Assembly: GCF_009914755.1 (NCBI RefSeq)
Contig: NC_060926.1
Origin: the human T2T-CHM13v2.0 reference genome, Homo sapiens
DNA length: 64,000 bases
Reading direction: 5' to 3' (one strand)
The position numbers were made by a program, and so were the translations under genes. The notes below the pieces were generated by a model. The model was not told the DNA's origin. It did not search any database and worked only from the letters and a program-made list of their open reading frames with translations. Positions 42,901-62,730 of the stretch are shown in pieces. Within the stretch, counting starts at the first letter, position 1, and every line of letters starts with the position of its first letter.

Positions 42901-43159
42901 AGACATCAATTGGAATGTTCTATAAAGTTTTAGCCGCTGAAATGACAAAACATGTTTCATGAACTCATTGTTCAAAACAAAACTAACTGTTCTTATGAAA
43001 TGTTTCTCAGAGCCTATAGAAAAAAATGAGAATGATTTTCTATGGTACAAAAAATAAAACTGATTTATTTCTTAAAATCCCAAATATCTTCTGAATGTTA
43101 TCTAAAAGGTAACCTGAGAATTTTCTTAAAACATTTATATTATCTTATTTTATGAAGAT

Positions 43160-49700
<6,541 letters not shown>

Positions 49701-49770
49701 TTGCACTCCAGTCTGGGTGAAAGAACGAGACTCTATCTAAAAAATAATGCATAATAAAAATTGAAATAAA
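49701..49770 (+). mobile_element. Severely 5'-truncated Alu (last ~40 nt plus tail) in the L1 A-tail
   Basis: ttgcactccagtctgggtgaaagaacgagactctatct followed by an A-rich tail. Confidence 0.8.
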
Positions 49771-50729
49771 AAATTTAAAAATATGAAGATGCTGTTAAGA
49801 GCAAAATACTATTTGAAGCTATCAAATATTGCTTAAAAATCCTTTCATTCCTAAGTGTCATACTACCTTAGTTATTTTAGACCACTCTTTCTTACGCTGG
49901 ATTTCTCTGCAACCTTCATGACTGTCTGAAATATTTTTAGTGTCCATGGATAATCCATATGTTTAATTGTATACTGTTATACTAAAATGGAATATTAATA
50001 AAAGCATAATGCAATTATTAGGCTATCACCTATATTGATAAGCACTTCTAGGCAATTTCCAATATTGGTATTTACACTTATATTTCAGGTTATATTGATG
50101 CATAAAGTATTACTTCATCACTGACTAATAAAAATAAATAGAGACAGATTTAATGTAGATATAATATACTTAAGTTGGTTTAATGCAAAACAACATGTAG
50201 GCGCACTGTAAAAATATTTAACTATAGGATTGTAGGGAGAAAAATAGTGGGAAAATTGAACTGTAACTTGGTGGCCAATGATTGTTCAGGAATGCCAAAC
50301 ACAACAAAATCTGAATATCAGCAGTCAATTTGATGTTCTTGTATGTATTTATAAAATATTTTATGGAGCTCCTTTTAGGCAGAAATTTCAGTACCATCAG
50401 TTATATTGAATTATCCTTTGTGATTTAAAATTTAAGAATTTTACTTGTATTTTTAGTTGTATAAAGGTTATAATGAGAAGTTTACATTTGTATGTTCAAC
50501 TAATATAAAAATAATTCAAGGCAATATTTGTTTTATTTCCCTTAAAAGTGTTCTGAACTTATGCAAATCAAATAAACACTGATAGAGTACATGGTGCTTC
50601 AAAGGTATGGTTCAGTTTCTGAGTAACCCAGAGGCCTGCTCACTCCAGAGACATAGTCTACATCTCAACTCTTTGTAGGCCAAGGTATGCATAAAGGTTG
50701 ATCAAGAGAACAAGACTGATGACTCATGA

Positions 50730-50920
50730 AATACATTTACTGAAGCAATATTCCATGTTGCCATGCAAATATTATTATTGCCATTTTACTGAGGTGGGAA
50801 TGGAGACTGAGAGGAATTCAGAGTAATGGACATTACACAGACAGTACAAAATATGGGCTCCAGAGCTGGAATTCAAATCATTGTTTCTCTGATTCCAAGG
50901 TTCTCTAATATTAAATGCCC
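50730..50920 (-). mobile_element. MIR fragment
   Basis: ccattttactg...gagactgagag...agagctggaattcaaatc...tctgattccaagg. Confidence 0.55.
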
Positions 50921-51289
50921 ACAAATAAGAAACAGAAAATAAATAGTAAAATATTACCCACCATATCTGAAGTTTTTTATTAGAAAGTTCATTGAATAAA
51001 CATCCAAATTTATTTTCTGAGAGACAACATAGGCTAACATGCATTAATATGGACATATTATTAAAAAGGGGAAATTAAAAGTCATCTATTTTTCCACAAG
51101 GAATGATATGGAAAATGTCTATTCATATTATCATTGCTACTAAAGCAGTTTTTACTACTGAATTTTTGTTTTTACATCAAAATTAATGACTCAGAGAGAA
51201 TAACGGGCCCTAAAGATGACGACTTTATTCTATATCTTTATAATACCATTATATTATTGACGTAACCACCTAGAGAAGTTCATGGTTTC

Positions 51290-51855
51290 AATATTTGGAA
51301 TCCATTCTGCTTTCTAACACAGTAAAATGTCTTGTTTCTTAGCCAGCTAAGTTTCTTAGCAAGGCCTAAGATTTGCTTCATTATCTAGCTCCTAATACTC
51401 TTCATAGTTTTGTCTCCTAACACTTCCCCTGAATGCCATATAGACTGGCCATGCCTTCCTTGTTACTATTCCCGGAAGACAGCATTCACTTTCACATCCC
51501 CACTTCACTGCCTGTGCTGTTTCCTTTGCCAGGAACCATTCTTCTCTCACTTCATTCTTGATGAGTGGTTACTCTTCCTCCAGGGCTCTGCTCAATTTTA
51601 AATCTTTCTGGAAGCTGATTGGACTAATCCCATACCTTACATACTCATTAGAATAGCTCACAACTTTTGCCTCAGGCTTCAAATCACACCAAATATTAGG
51701 CTCTATAAGCAGTTACTTCAATGTGACTTTTACAATTACTTCTTTTCTAAACACTTATCTACGGCAAGAAATAAGTCTTTATCACCTTTATGGCTCTAGA
51801 ACCCAGTTGAATAACATTATAGGTCTTAAATAAACCAATATAAATGGATGGATGC
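51290..51855 (+). mobile_element. L2 3' fragment
   Basis: tgctgtttcctttgccaggaac, gggctctgctcaattt and the (TGGA)n-like tail aaatggatggatg. Confidence 0.55.
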
Positions 51856-54761
51856 AGCTTTTGTGAAATAACTATAATCAAGTCATCAATAAAGAAGACA
51901 AATTATAAATGTCTTGCTTTTAAGACAAGAAATAAATTTTGATTAAAAAACATCAATTTATAGATGGAGCACATTCCAAGGGAATGAAATTGTATCTTAA
52001 AAACAAGAAAGCAGAAGTGATATCCTAAACAAGGAATTGCAACTGGAATTTTGTCTATGTGGTGCTAACTGATATAAAGATTTATACTTCTTTCCTTTTA
52101 AAATACTGTCATTATAAAATTAATATATATTAGAAAATGTAAAATTAAGATTAAATCAAATAATTTATACTCACACTACATAGGATGTCTAATGTTAACT
52201 TTGTGGTGAATCTCTATGTTCACACACCTGTCAGTGTGCTTTTTAAATACATAATTTATTAACTACTTAATATATTCCATGGCAGACCTTCAGAAATTCA
52301 ATGGAGAAAACAATTAGACAAGGTCTCTGTCTTTGTGAAACTAAGTTAATGAAGGCATTAATCAAACAATCTAAAAATATATTTATAATTATAAATAATG
52401 TAATGTGTCATAAGGGAAAAATAAATAGTATTATGTGAGTGTATATAATGGGCTCATGACTAAGAGTTAAGGGAAATTTTCATTGGGACAACAATACGTA
52501 ACTTGAAATCTGAATATTAAAATGTTACTATTTAAATAATAAGGAGCTATATTTGACAAAATAAACATCTGGTCATATCACTAGATGATAAAATCCTCCA
52601 GTGGATTTTATCACAATACAAATGAGAGACCACTGGAGGGTATTGTAGATAGAATACGTTGAACAGATATAGCATAGGTCATTTTATTTTTGTGAAAATA
52701 AGCCACAATACCTTATTTGCAAAGTAACTTACATTTAATTTATATGAAGAAGGGCAAAAATGTCATGCCTCAGAGGCAAAATATGTAATATTGGGAAAAG
52801 GAAGGAAGGCTCATGTGTTCATTTAGCTTTCTAGCCCCAAAATCGTTATCACTCCTTCTAAAGGATGCTCACATTACAATTGGCCAAAACCAGTTTGCAA
52901 TATTTTAATGAAAGTCTCTTCAAACATAAATCCAAGCTTAAAAATGATTGGTAAATCTTTATAGAATAATTTGCCCCTTATATGCCACTTCTTTCTTTAT
53001 ATAAAAAATTTCTATTGGGCATTTCACGTGATGCTTATAGATTTGTATTTGTACTAATTGTACTGGATAATCAGAAAATATAGTTTCTGATTATAGAAAT
53101 AGTTATAATTATTTTTTCAGAAACACATTTTTTGGGGAGGAAAGCCACTTTTTTGTTTTTTTTTACCTTGGGTCTAACAAGTTTGAAATTCAACATAGCC
53201 CTCTCTGATTCTGATAGAGTAACAAGAAAGACAGACAAAAATGTAAAAATCTCTGCAATTTATATTCTACATTTCGGTGCTGCAGTAATGTATTAGGTTG
53301 TTCTATTTGTGTATGGAAACAAATGAACAAAAAATAGTGAATAAGGGGAACAGAGTGATTTTGTGAAATATAAAAATGTATATTTATTTTTGTTTCAAGC
53401 ACGGTTCTGCAGTGCTTGTCATACATCTCCAACCAAATGCAGAAAGAGAAGTTTTTCATTACTTATGTGATGGGAATGATTCAGTCAAGCTTAGGACACA
53501 TAGGATTCAAATTATAAACACTAATGAATACTCTGGAGTTTGGAATTCTCAATAGAGACATGTCTGAGTATTAAGCCCAACATTCTAAAAGAAGACAGAA
53601 ATAGTTTTTTTTAATTCTATTTCTGCTACTTGTTCACTGTGTGGATTCAGACAATTACCTAACCTCTCTGATCTGCAAAATGAGAATAACAACATGTAAT
53701 TGACAGGATTATGTTTGGACATAGATAAGATATTGCAGGTAAAATTCTTGGCATAAAGAGGCTTGGGAGAATTCCATCTTAGGCAATAGAATATAAATCA
53801 AAAGATAACACAAGTTTACCAAAGCTAGCATTTATATAAGTATTATTTCCATATTTTTATAGCTAAAATGTGTCTGTATGTATACATATAACATATATGT
53901 GTACATATATACACACATAACATATATATACACACATATAAGAATTCTAGGCTGTCTTAGTAATGGCACTCAGAAAACACTGAAATCACAGATTTAATTT
54001 AAAGAAGTTTTGGGGTAAAAGGTATTTAGGTGTCAGTATTACAGATGCTTCAACAGATGGACAATAATATCCAAAAACATCTACCAAACAGAAATTCTTA
54101 TATGGCCTAGAGGAACGAATCTTGATGGTCTGACAGGGATAGATGAAATATTTTAATGTTTCTATTTTTAAGCTTAGAAAATTTATGGCTTTGATAATTG
54201 TATACTGCCTTTTATTCCTTCACTTCATTCCTTCCATTCATTTGGATTCTCACTGTCATTTAGCTTCATCTGAATTCCTCACAAGTTAGAATTACTTTTC
54301 CCACTTCCATTGATTGACTTACTGAACACCTTTTTGCCCACTGCAATGCCAAACTAATATCCGTGTAGAAAATCTACTTTTATTCTTCAATAATTGTCTG
54401 AAGCATTTGTCAATACATCTCCCCCAATAAAACGTAGAGGCGAGTACAGTTAAGCACTGTTCAAGTAAACTCAACTTTCTCTTCACATACACAGACATAG
54501 CCACCTTACCCCAGCCCGCAAAACACATACACACAGTTGGAAAAATAATAATAGCTATTTGTGAAATGTGAAACTAAATATATTCTTACTTTTCTGTAGT
54601 TTTGACAATGAACATGTGTTGCATATTTTAAATATTATCTTTTACTGGTATAAACTATGAGTCCATATTTTTGTGAGGGCACTCAAAGAGTAGAAATGTA
54701 ATAAATCAAGGCAGAATGTATAGTAAATACAAATGATTTTTGAGGATTGCAAAGATATTTA

Positions 54762-55275
<514 letters not shown>

Positions 55276-56459
55276 CTAAGGAAAGATGCCTTCTTGCATT
55301 ATTCCACAAGATACTTCTCAGAGTAAACTGCATAAAATAAAGAAGTTTCTACTGATTCAAAAATATTTTATTTTATTTGTGCCAATCTGAATGTTTTCTA
55401 TCAATCACTGCTACTTTTGTAAAAATATTGCTTAGGATGTAATTGTTATTGATCATTAATATTCAATTACAATTTTTGCTTTTTTACATTATAGATTTTG
55501 TATTTGTCTCAATTATATTCTCATATTATCATACTTAGAAGTATTAGTATTAATATATGCTAAAATTTATTATGATTATATTAATATAACAGCTTTTATA
55601 ACACAGAAAAAAATTTTGCTAGCATCTCCTGAAAGTAATTCAGAAAAGTTTATATTTTATTTAAAAATGAAACTAAAATATAGTTTCTGATTATAGCAAT
55701 AGTATGACTTCAAAATAATTTTAAAATACTGAATATTTTGTCCTGTCTCAGTTTTTAGTATATTTATATTTACCAAAATTGATAATTATTTAGAAGAAAA
55801 AGCCAATTTGCATTTCAACGTGGAATATAAAAAGAGATAATGCCTTTCCTTATAATTTATTTATCAATAGAGCTAAATCAACAGTGAGAGAATACTTTAT
55901 GATGGAGTGGCAGTTAATACACACACACTCTCTCTCATAAATTACATATTACTCCTTAATACCTGAAATACAAACATATCTACTGAAGTGACTGAAATTG
56001 TATGAAGAGTCTAAAATTTAACATTTTAACATAAGAGAATATTGAGTATCAGAACAACTTGTTTGTATTTGAGCAGATTGATGATTTTGTTAATGAAGTT
56101 ACATAATTGATTATTTTCTTAACATTTGAGTTGACTATGAGTTTAATTTATAGCAAAACTCTTACAAATGCAAAATAAAATACTGTTTAAAACAAACTCC
56201 AGTAAAATGTTGTTGCAAAATATCTCTGTGTAATATAGAGAAACTAGATTCATGCCCTTCAGAATATTTATTTTATCCCTGTAGATTATTAATATTGGGT
56301 TCAAAGACTCCTGAATTTTGAACAAATATACAGACTGAAGCAAAATAGAAATATAATAGAAGACATTATAGAGACAATGCCTGGATGTTGGTTGAAAATT
56401 CAAAGGTAAATATTTTGTCATTGAGAAAATAGCAAATCCTAGAGGTCTGCTGATATTTC

Positions 56460-58863
56460 ATTTTAAATTTATTTTTTACTTATAATTGACACATAATAAT
56501 TGTGCATATTTCTGATATGTAATGTAATGTCTCACTGTATGTACAGTGTAATGATTAAATCAGGGTAACCATCATATACATCACTTTTAGCATTATTTAT
56601 TTGTAGTGACAACATTCAAAATCTCTTCCAGTGATCTTTAACTACACGTTGTTACTTGCTACAGTCATCCTAGTGTGTAAAGAACACTAAAGCGTATTCC
56701 TACTATCTGCAACTTTGTACCCATTGACCAACTTCTCCCATTCCCCTTATTCTCCCTCATATCCCCAGTCTCTGGTAACCAATATTCTACACACTCTACT
56801 TCCATGAAATAAACTTTTTTTAGATTTCACGTATGAATGAGATCATATGGTATTTTTCTTTTTGTGTCTGGCTTATTTCACTTAACATAACGTTCTCCAG
56901 GTTCATTCATGTTGCTACAAATGATAGAATTTTATTCTGTTTTATGGCTACATAGTATTCCATTATGTATATAGCCATATTTTCTTTACCCATTCTTCAT
57001 TGGATGGGCATTTAGGTTGATTCTGTACCTTGGCTTTTGTGACCAGCTCTGCAATAAACATGGGCATGCACATGTCTTTGCTACTTATTGCTTTTCTTTT
57101 GGATAGATACCCAGTTATGGGATTGCTGGATCATATGGTAGTTCTATTTTTAATTTTTTGAAGAAACTACACTGGTTTCCACAATGGTTGTACTAATTTA
57201 CATTCCCACCAACAGTGTATAAAAGTCCCTTTTCTCCACATCCTCATCAGCATTTGTCACATTTTTGTCTTTTTGATAACAGCTATTCTAATGAGGGTTA
57301 GGTGATATCTCATTTTAGTTTTTATTTGCATTTCTCCAATGATTAGTGGTGATGAACATTTTTTCATATACCTGTTGGCTATTTGTATGTCTTCTTTTGA
57401 GAAAAGTCAGTTTGGGTCCTTGGCCCATTTATAAATTGGATTTTTTTTGTTATTGTTGTTTGTATGCTATTGAGTTGAGTTCCTTATATCTTCTGGACAT
57501 TAGCTACTTGTCAGATGCATAATTTGCAAATACTTTCTCCCATTCTGTAGGTTGTCTCTTCACTTTATTGTTTCTTTGCTGTGCAGAAACTTTTCTGTTT
57601 GATATAATCTCATTTGTCTATTTTTGCTTTGGTTGTCTGTTCTTTGAGTCTTACTCAAAAATTCTTCACTCACTCCAATTCGTGAAGAATTTCCTCTGAT
57701 TTTTTTTAATCATTTTATACTTTTTAGTCTTACATTTAAGTTGTTGGTCTATTTAAAGTTGATTTTTTATATAATGAGATATAGGGATCTAGTTTTATTT
57801 TTCTGCATGTGGATATCCAGTTTTCCCAATGCCATTTACTACATTAACAGAATCAAGGTAAAAAATTAAATGATTATTTCAATGGATGCTGGAAACACAT
57901 TTGATAATATTTCATATCTCTTTATGATAAAAACCCTCAACAAAGTGGGTATAGAAGGAACATGTCAGCACAATAAAGGCTATATATGACAAGCCACAGC
58001 TCACTGAATGGGTAAAATTCAGAGAAAAATTTTTATCTGAGTTCTAGTACAGGGCAATGATGCCCATTTTCATTACCTTTATTCAACACAGTACTAGAAG
58101 CCTTAACCAGAGTAAACTGGCAAAATAAAGAAAAAGAGTGCATAGAAATTGTAAAGGAGGAAGTTGTCCCTGTTTGCCTATGACACGATTGTACATATAG
58201 AACACCCTAAAAATTTCAGCAAAAAAAAAACTATTAGAATTAACATATTTAGTTAAGTTGCAGGATACAAAACCAACATGTTAAATCAGTAACATTTCTA
58301 CACACCAATAGTGAATTATATAAAAAAGAAATCAAGAAAGCAATTTCATTTATAATAGCTACAAAGAATGTATACCTAGGAATAAACTTAACTAAGAACA
58401 TAACAGGTTTCTATAATGAAAACTATAAAGTAATAATGAAGGAAATTGAAGAGGACACAAATAAATGAAAAGAGATAACCTGTTCACAAATTAGAAAAAT
58501 TAATATGAAAATGTCTGTATTACTCAAAACAATCTACAGATGCAATGCAATTTCCATCAAAATGCCAATTACATTTTTCAGAGATAGAAAAAAATTCTAA
58601 AATGTATATGGAAAGGAAAAAGAAAATGGATAGTTAAAAAAAAATCTTGTGCAATAATAGCAAACCTGGAGGTATCACACTACCTCACTCTAAAATATTC
58701 TACAAAACTATAGCAACCAAAACAGGATGTTACTTGCATAAAAACAGGCATATAGACTAACGTAACAGAATAGACAACTGAGAAATAAATCTATGTATTT
58801 ACAGCCAAGTGATTTTCAACAAAGACCTCAAGAAGGCACACTGAGAAAAGGACAATCTTTCAA
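56460..58863 (-). mobile_element. L1MA with 5' inversion (twin priming): minus 56460-57838, inverted plus segment 57839-58863
   Basis: The two segments are contiguous in the L1 consensus (...ggacaatctttcaa | taaatggcattgggaaaactgg...). Confidence 0.85.
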
Positions 58864-59534
58864 AATTCCATTTAATACAATTGAATTCAATCAGGGTCAT
58901 GACTTACATAAACAAAATTGAATTGGAAATGACTGTTCAATACTGACAGGAAAAAAAAAAACACAACATATCTGGTATAAGTTTAAAAGTTGGTGAAGTG
59001 TGGTATCTCTAAAAACTTCTCCTATACCGCCTTATTTCACATTGACATTCTGTTTAATTTAGCAAAAACACATAAATTGCTCTCCATTAGGAACTGAATC
59101 ATTAGCTCTACCAGCTTTGCCACAAAGTGAGTTATTTAACCTATTTGGACCTCAGTGTTTTTAGTTGAAATTAGGAATTATAGTAACTTGAAATTTCCTA
59201 TAAAACACAAACTAAGAGACAAATTCAAAGCTACAAAAATTTGTCATCAAAAAGTAAAATGGCCCCTGAGTCAGAGAAAGTTTAGAATGAAGACACTGAA
59301 GTGTCTTTTAATAATACATAGATCACAGTAAGAGTTGGGCAGCTTCTGAGAAACAGACAAATGTCAGAGAGGCTTCTTTCAGAAGCATTCATCTCATCTT
59401 TTGCAGACAGGATAGAACCTACTGCTGTTAAATTTTGAGTGTTATTGTTCTGGGCATCTTCAACAAGAGATTGAGAACTCTTATTGTAATTGTGTTGACC
59501 CATTTAGTTCTTTCTTGATGAATACCAAATGTTA

Positions 59535-59765
59535 CATGGTTAAGAGCACAGATTTAAATCCAGATTGGCTGGATTCAAAATCCAAGCTCTTGTACTCTGA
59601 GACATATGAATTTCAGAAAGTAATCTGACATCTCTGTTTCAGCTATTCCTCATCTATAAAGATATTGTTACAAGGACAAATGGGATAATATTTATAAAGT
59701 GCTTAGAAGAGTGTCTGACACATAGCAAGAACTCTACACATGGTTGAAAATAATAACAGTAATAA
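59535..59765 (+). mobile_element. MIR
   Basis: catggttaagagcacag...ctctgtttcagctattcctcatctataaa...gcttagaagagtgtctgacacatag. Confidence 0.8.
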
Positions 59766-60134
59766 TGATTGGGCTTTTAACTTAAAGCCACCTACAAGGG
59801 AAGAATATGTGGCTTGTGTAATATAACTTTTTCCCTGAAAGACATATCACTTTTACAAGGAAAAATAAGATTAGATTTCTAAACCTTTGAGTCTGAGGAT
59901 CAGAACTCTGATCAATTTGCCAATGTCATCAATGCCAACACAAGCTTCTTGTGGTAGACTTAACTAGGCAGTAATAGCGATTCCTGACTTGCCTTCTGGA
60001 AGTGAAACTTCAATGATAGGTCTGCATTAGAGACTTGGAAAGCACAAATGAAAGAGCCACACTTTGAAAGAGCTAAGATGAAAGGGTTAGAATTCAACTA
60101 TATCTGTCTGACTACCGAGCCTGAGATTTGTCTA

Positions 60135-60300
60135 TTTTTTTTAATATTTTATTATGGTGAATTTCAAACATGTTTAATAGGAGACAGAATAGGATAATGA
60201 ACTTCCATGCATATATCACCTAACTTCAACAGCTACCAACCCATAGCCAATCATGTCTCATTTTTATTCTTTTTCTCACTTCCTGACTTCAGATATTTAA
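60135..60300 (-). mobile_element. Ancient L1M(E/C) 3'-end fragment
   Basis: ttttattatggtgaatttcaaacat...ataatgaacttccatg...atcacctaacttcaaca. Confidence 0.55.
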
Positions 60301-61189
60301 AGGAAAGAAAATAATAGTTTGTGTGAATTAGAAATTAGAAAAAAATCATAAACTGTGAATTAAACAGAAAGTAAAAATCCTTCCTTTCAGACCAGTATGG
60401 TCAGAGGGCTACCATAATTCAAATTATGAAAAATTAAATAAATTTAACTTTGGACTTATAAACATAAAAATATAGAAAAAAAATTACCTATCATTTGGAT
60501 CTCTTGAATGTGTTGAATATCTAACAAAATGTGCAAACAAGCATGAACTGAATTTGAAGTGTGGTGGGAATCAAGTTGAATAAAATTGCGTTATTTTTCT
60601 AACTCAGATTATATGTAATGCAATGTTAAATGAAATAATACCTCTTCAATTTCTTGAGCAGGACTGAAATTAAATTTTTTTTATGCCTTTGTGGTTTTTC
60701 TTTTAGTCTCTTCCACTTTCTATTTTTCTGAACACTTCCATGTATCCCTTTTATGTCCCTTTGCCTTTCCTAATAATATTTATTCTCCCTTCTTAATCAT
60801 GTCAATTAGACCTGCTTTATTAAGCAAAACTTAGTTAAAGTGCTGTCTTTTCTTGTCAGTACGTCCTAAAATCACTATTCCTGTATCATTTATTAAGTAT
60901 CCTGCTTTTGGTATTTTCCTCTAAATTCTCGTAACACTTAATGATTGATACAGTCACACTGCTGAATTGTTGTCAATCTTCTAGGTATAAAAAAAATTGT
61001 CATCTTAGTTTTATTATAGTTGTGGCATTTTTTTCTCTTTTGAATTATGTATATATTTCTGTCCTGATCATCATTATAATAGCACATATTACATAGTAAT
61101 TTGGCATTTATTTTCTTGTTGCTTTCCAACACTGGACTGTCTACTCCTTGAATACCCAAGCTTATTCATTTGTATCTCTTCTAGGAGCA

Positions 61190-61800
61190 GGAAGATTTGG
61201 AGCAGAAAGATTATGAGTTTCTTTTTGGACATAATATTAAAGAGTTGTCTTAGATATTTAAAAGAAAATATCAAGTAAGCCTCTGAGAGTATGCTTCTGA
61301 ATCTCAAAGAAGAGATTTAGGGTAGAGGTCCTATGGGGGGTAAAAAATAATCATTGGCTTCAAGGACAGTGAAGGCATTGAGTTCTGAATAGGAGATATT
61401 TGGAATGAGACATAGGGCAGAAGCCAGATAGGAGTGGAGTGAGGAGAGTCTTTCAAATGAGGAAGTGGGGATGACAGGCATTAATAACCCTTATAATAGC
61501 TTGGCTGTGAAAGAGAGAGAATTTTAGAGGAATATGAGGTCCAGGGAAGTTTAGACTTTTTAAAATTTAATATCAGAGAGCATGATGTTTTTATGGTAAT
61601 TTTAATATGTTTTTTAAGAAATGTTAAATATTAAGAAAGCAAGCATAATTGATATTACCAAGTTTTTAAAAAGATGATAGGGTATAGGAGCCAAATCACA
61701 TAGAGACATCTATAGATAAGAGAACGACAAGCTTATTTACTTAACTGAAGAGGAGAAATGAGAAAGAGGATTATTATGGATCGAAATGAGTTTTGGTAGC
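61190..61800 (-). mobile_element. L2 fragment
   Basis: agaagccagataggagtggagtgaggagag...gaggaagtgggga...ttggctgtgaaag. Confidence 0.5.
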
Positions 61801-61827
61801 AAGAGTTTAAGAGAATGTATGATTAAT

Positions 61828-61828
<1 letters not shown>

Positions 61829-61860
<32 letters not shown>
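61829..61860. repeat. (GT)16 microsatellite
   Basis: Seen directly in the sequence. Confidence 0.95.
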
Positions 61861-61863
<3 letters not shown>

Positions 61864-62199
61864 AATAACATGAGTCAAGGTGTATATTAAGAGAGAGCTG
61901 AAAAGAGAGATCAATATATAGAGAGAGAAGCTGAGAAAGAAAATACCTAGGGTTATTAGAGTGATGTTGTATAAATAAAGTATTGGTGACAGAATAAAAG
62001 TAAGCATAGATTTTGAGTTGTAGAATCTTACATTGTATATATCTGTATCCTCTAGTTTCTTGGAAAGTACCTGATAAATAAAAGAAACAAATGTTGACTA
62101 CTTTTCTCTTCATTTCTCTATAGATTTTCTTACCATAAGCACTGTTCACACACTGTTGTTCAAGCTACTTTGAAGAAATAAGGTCTTCTGTAGGGAGAT

Positions 62200-62730
62200 C
62201 TATCTATCTACCTACCTACCTACACACACATATACATACATATGTGCACATATGTATGTATATGTGTATATGTATATGTATATATACATATGTATATGTA
62301 TATGTATGTATATGTATATATACATATGTATATGTATATGTATGTATATGTATGTATATGTATATATACATATGTATATGTATGTATATGTATATGTATG
62401 TATATGTATATATACATATGTATATGTATGTATATGTATATGTATGTATATGTATATATACATATGTATATGTATGTATATGTATATATACATATGTATA
62501 TGTATGTATATGTATATATACATATGTATATGTATGTATATGTATATATACATATGTATATGTATGTATATGTATATGCATATATATATACATTGTTTAA
62601 TAAAATGCCAGATATATATATCTTTCCCCACAGGAGAGTTTATATGTTTTATATAATATATACACATGCACACATGCTTTATATAACATATACAAATACA
62701 TTATATGTAACATATACACATTATTTATAA
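62200..62730. repeat. Compound (TA/TATG/CATA) tandem repeat with a 30-bp higher-order unit
   Basis: Unit catatgtatatgtatgtatatgtatatata repeated exactly around 62431-62550; preceded by short (TCTA)(CCTA) runs. Confidence 0.95.

Noticed and set aside
53390-53520. Possible + strand exon after ttttgtttcaag
   Set aside because: No matching strong donor and no recognisable peptide in any frame.
59282-59503. 73-aa minus-strand ORF in unique sequence (MGQHNYNKSSQ...)
   Set aside because: No recognisable domain or convincing splice context; this length is expected by chance.
62212-62730. Six overlapping 65-162 aa ORFs rich in Y/I/H/M/C/V
   Set aside because: Artefacts of a TA/TG/CA repeat that cannot form stop codons.
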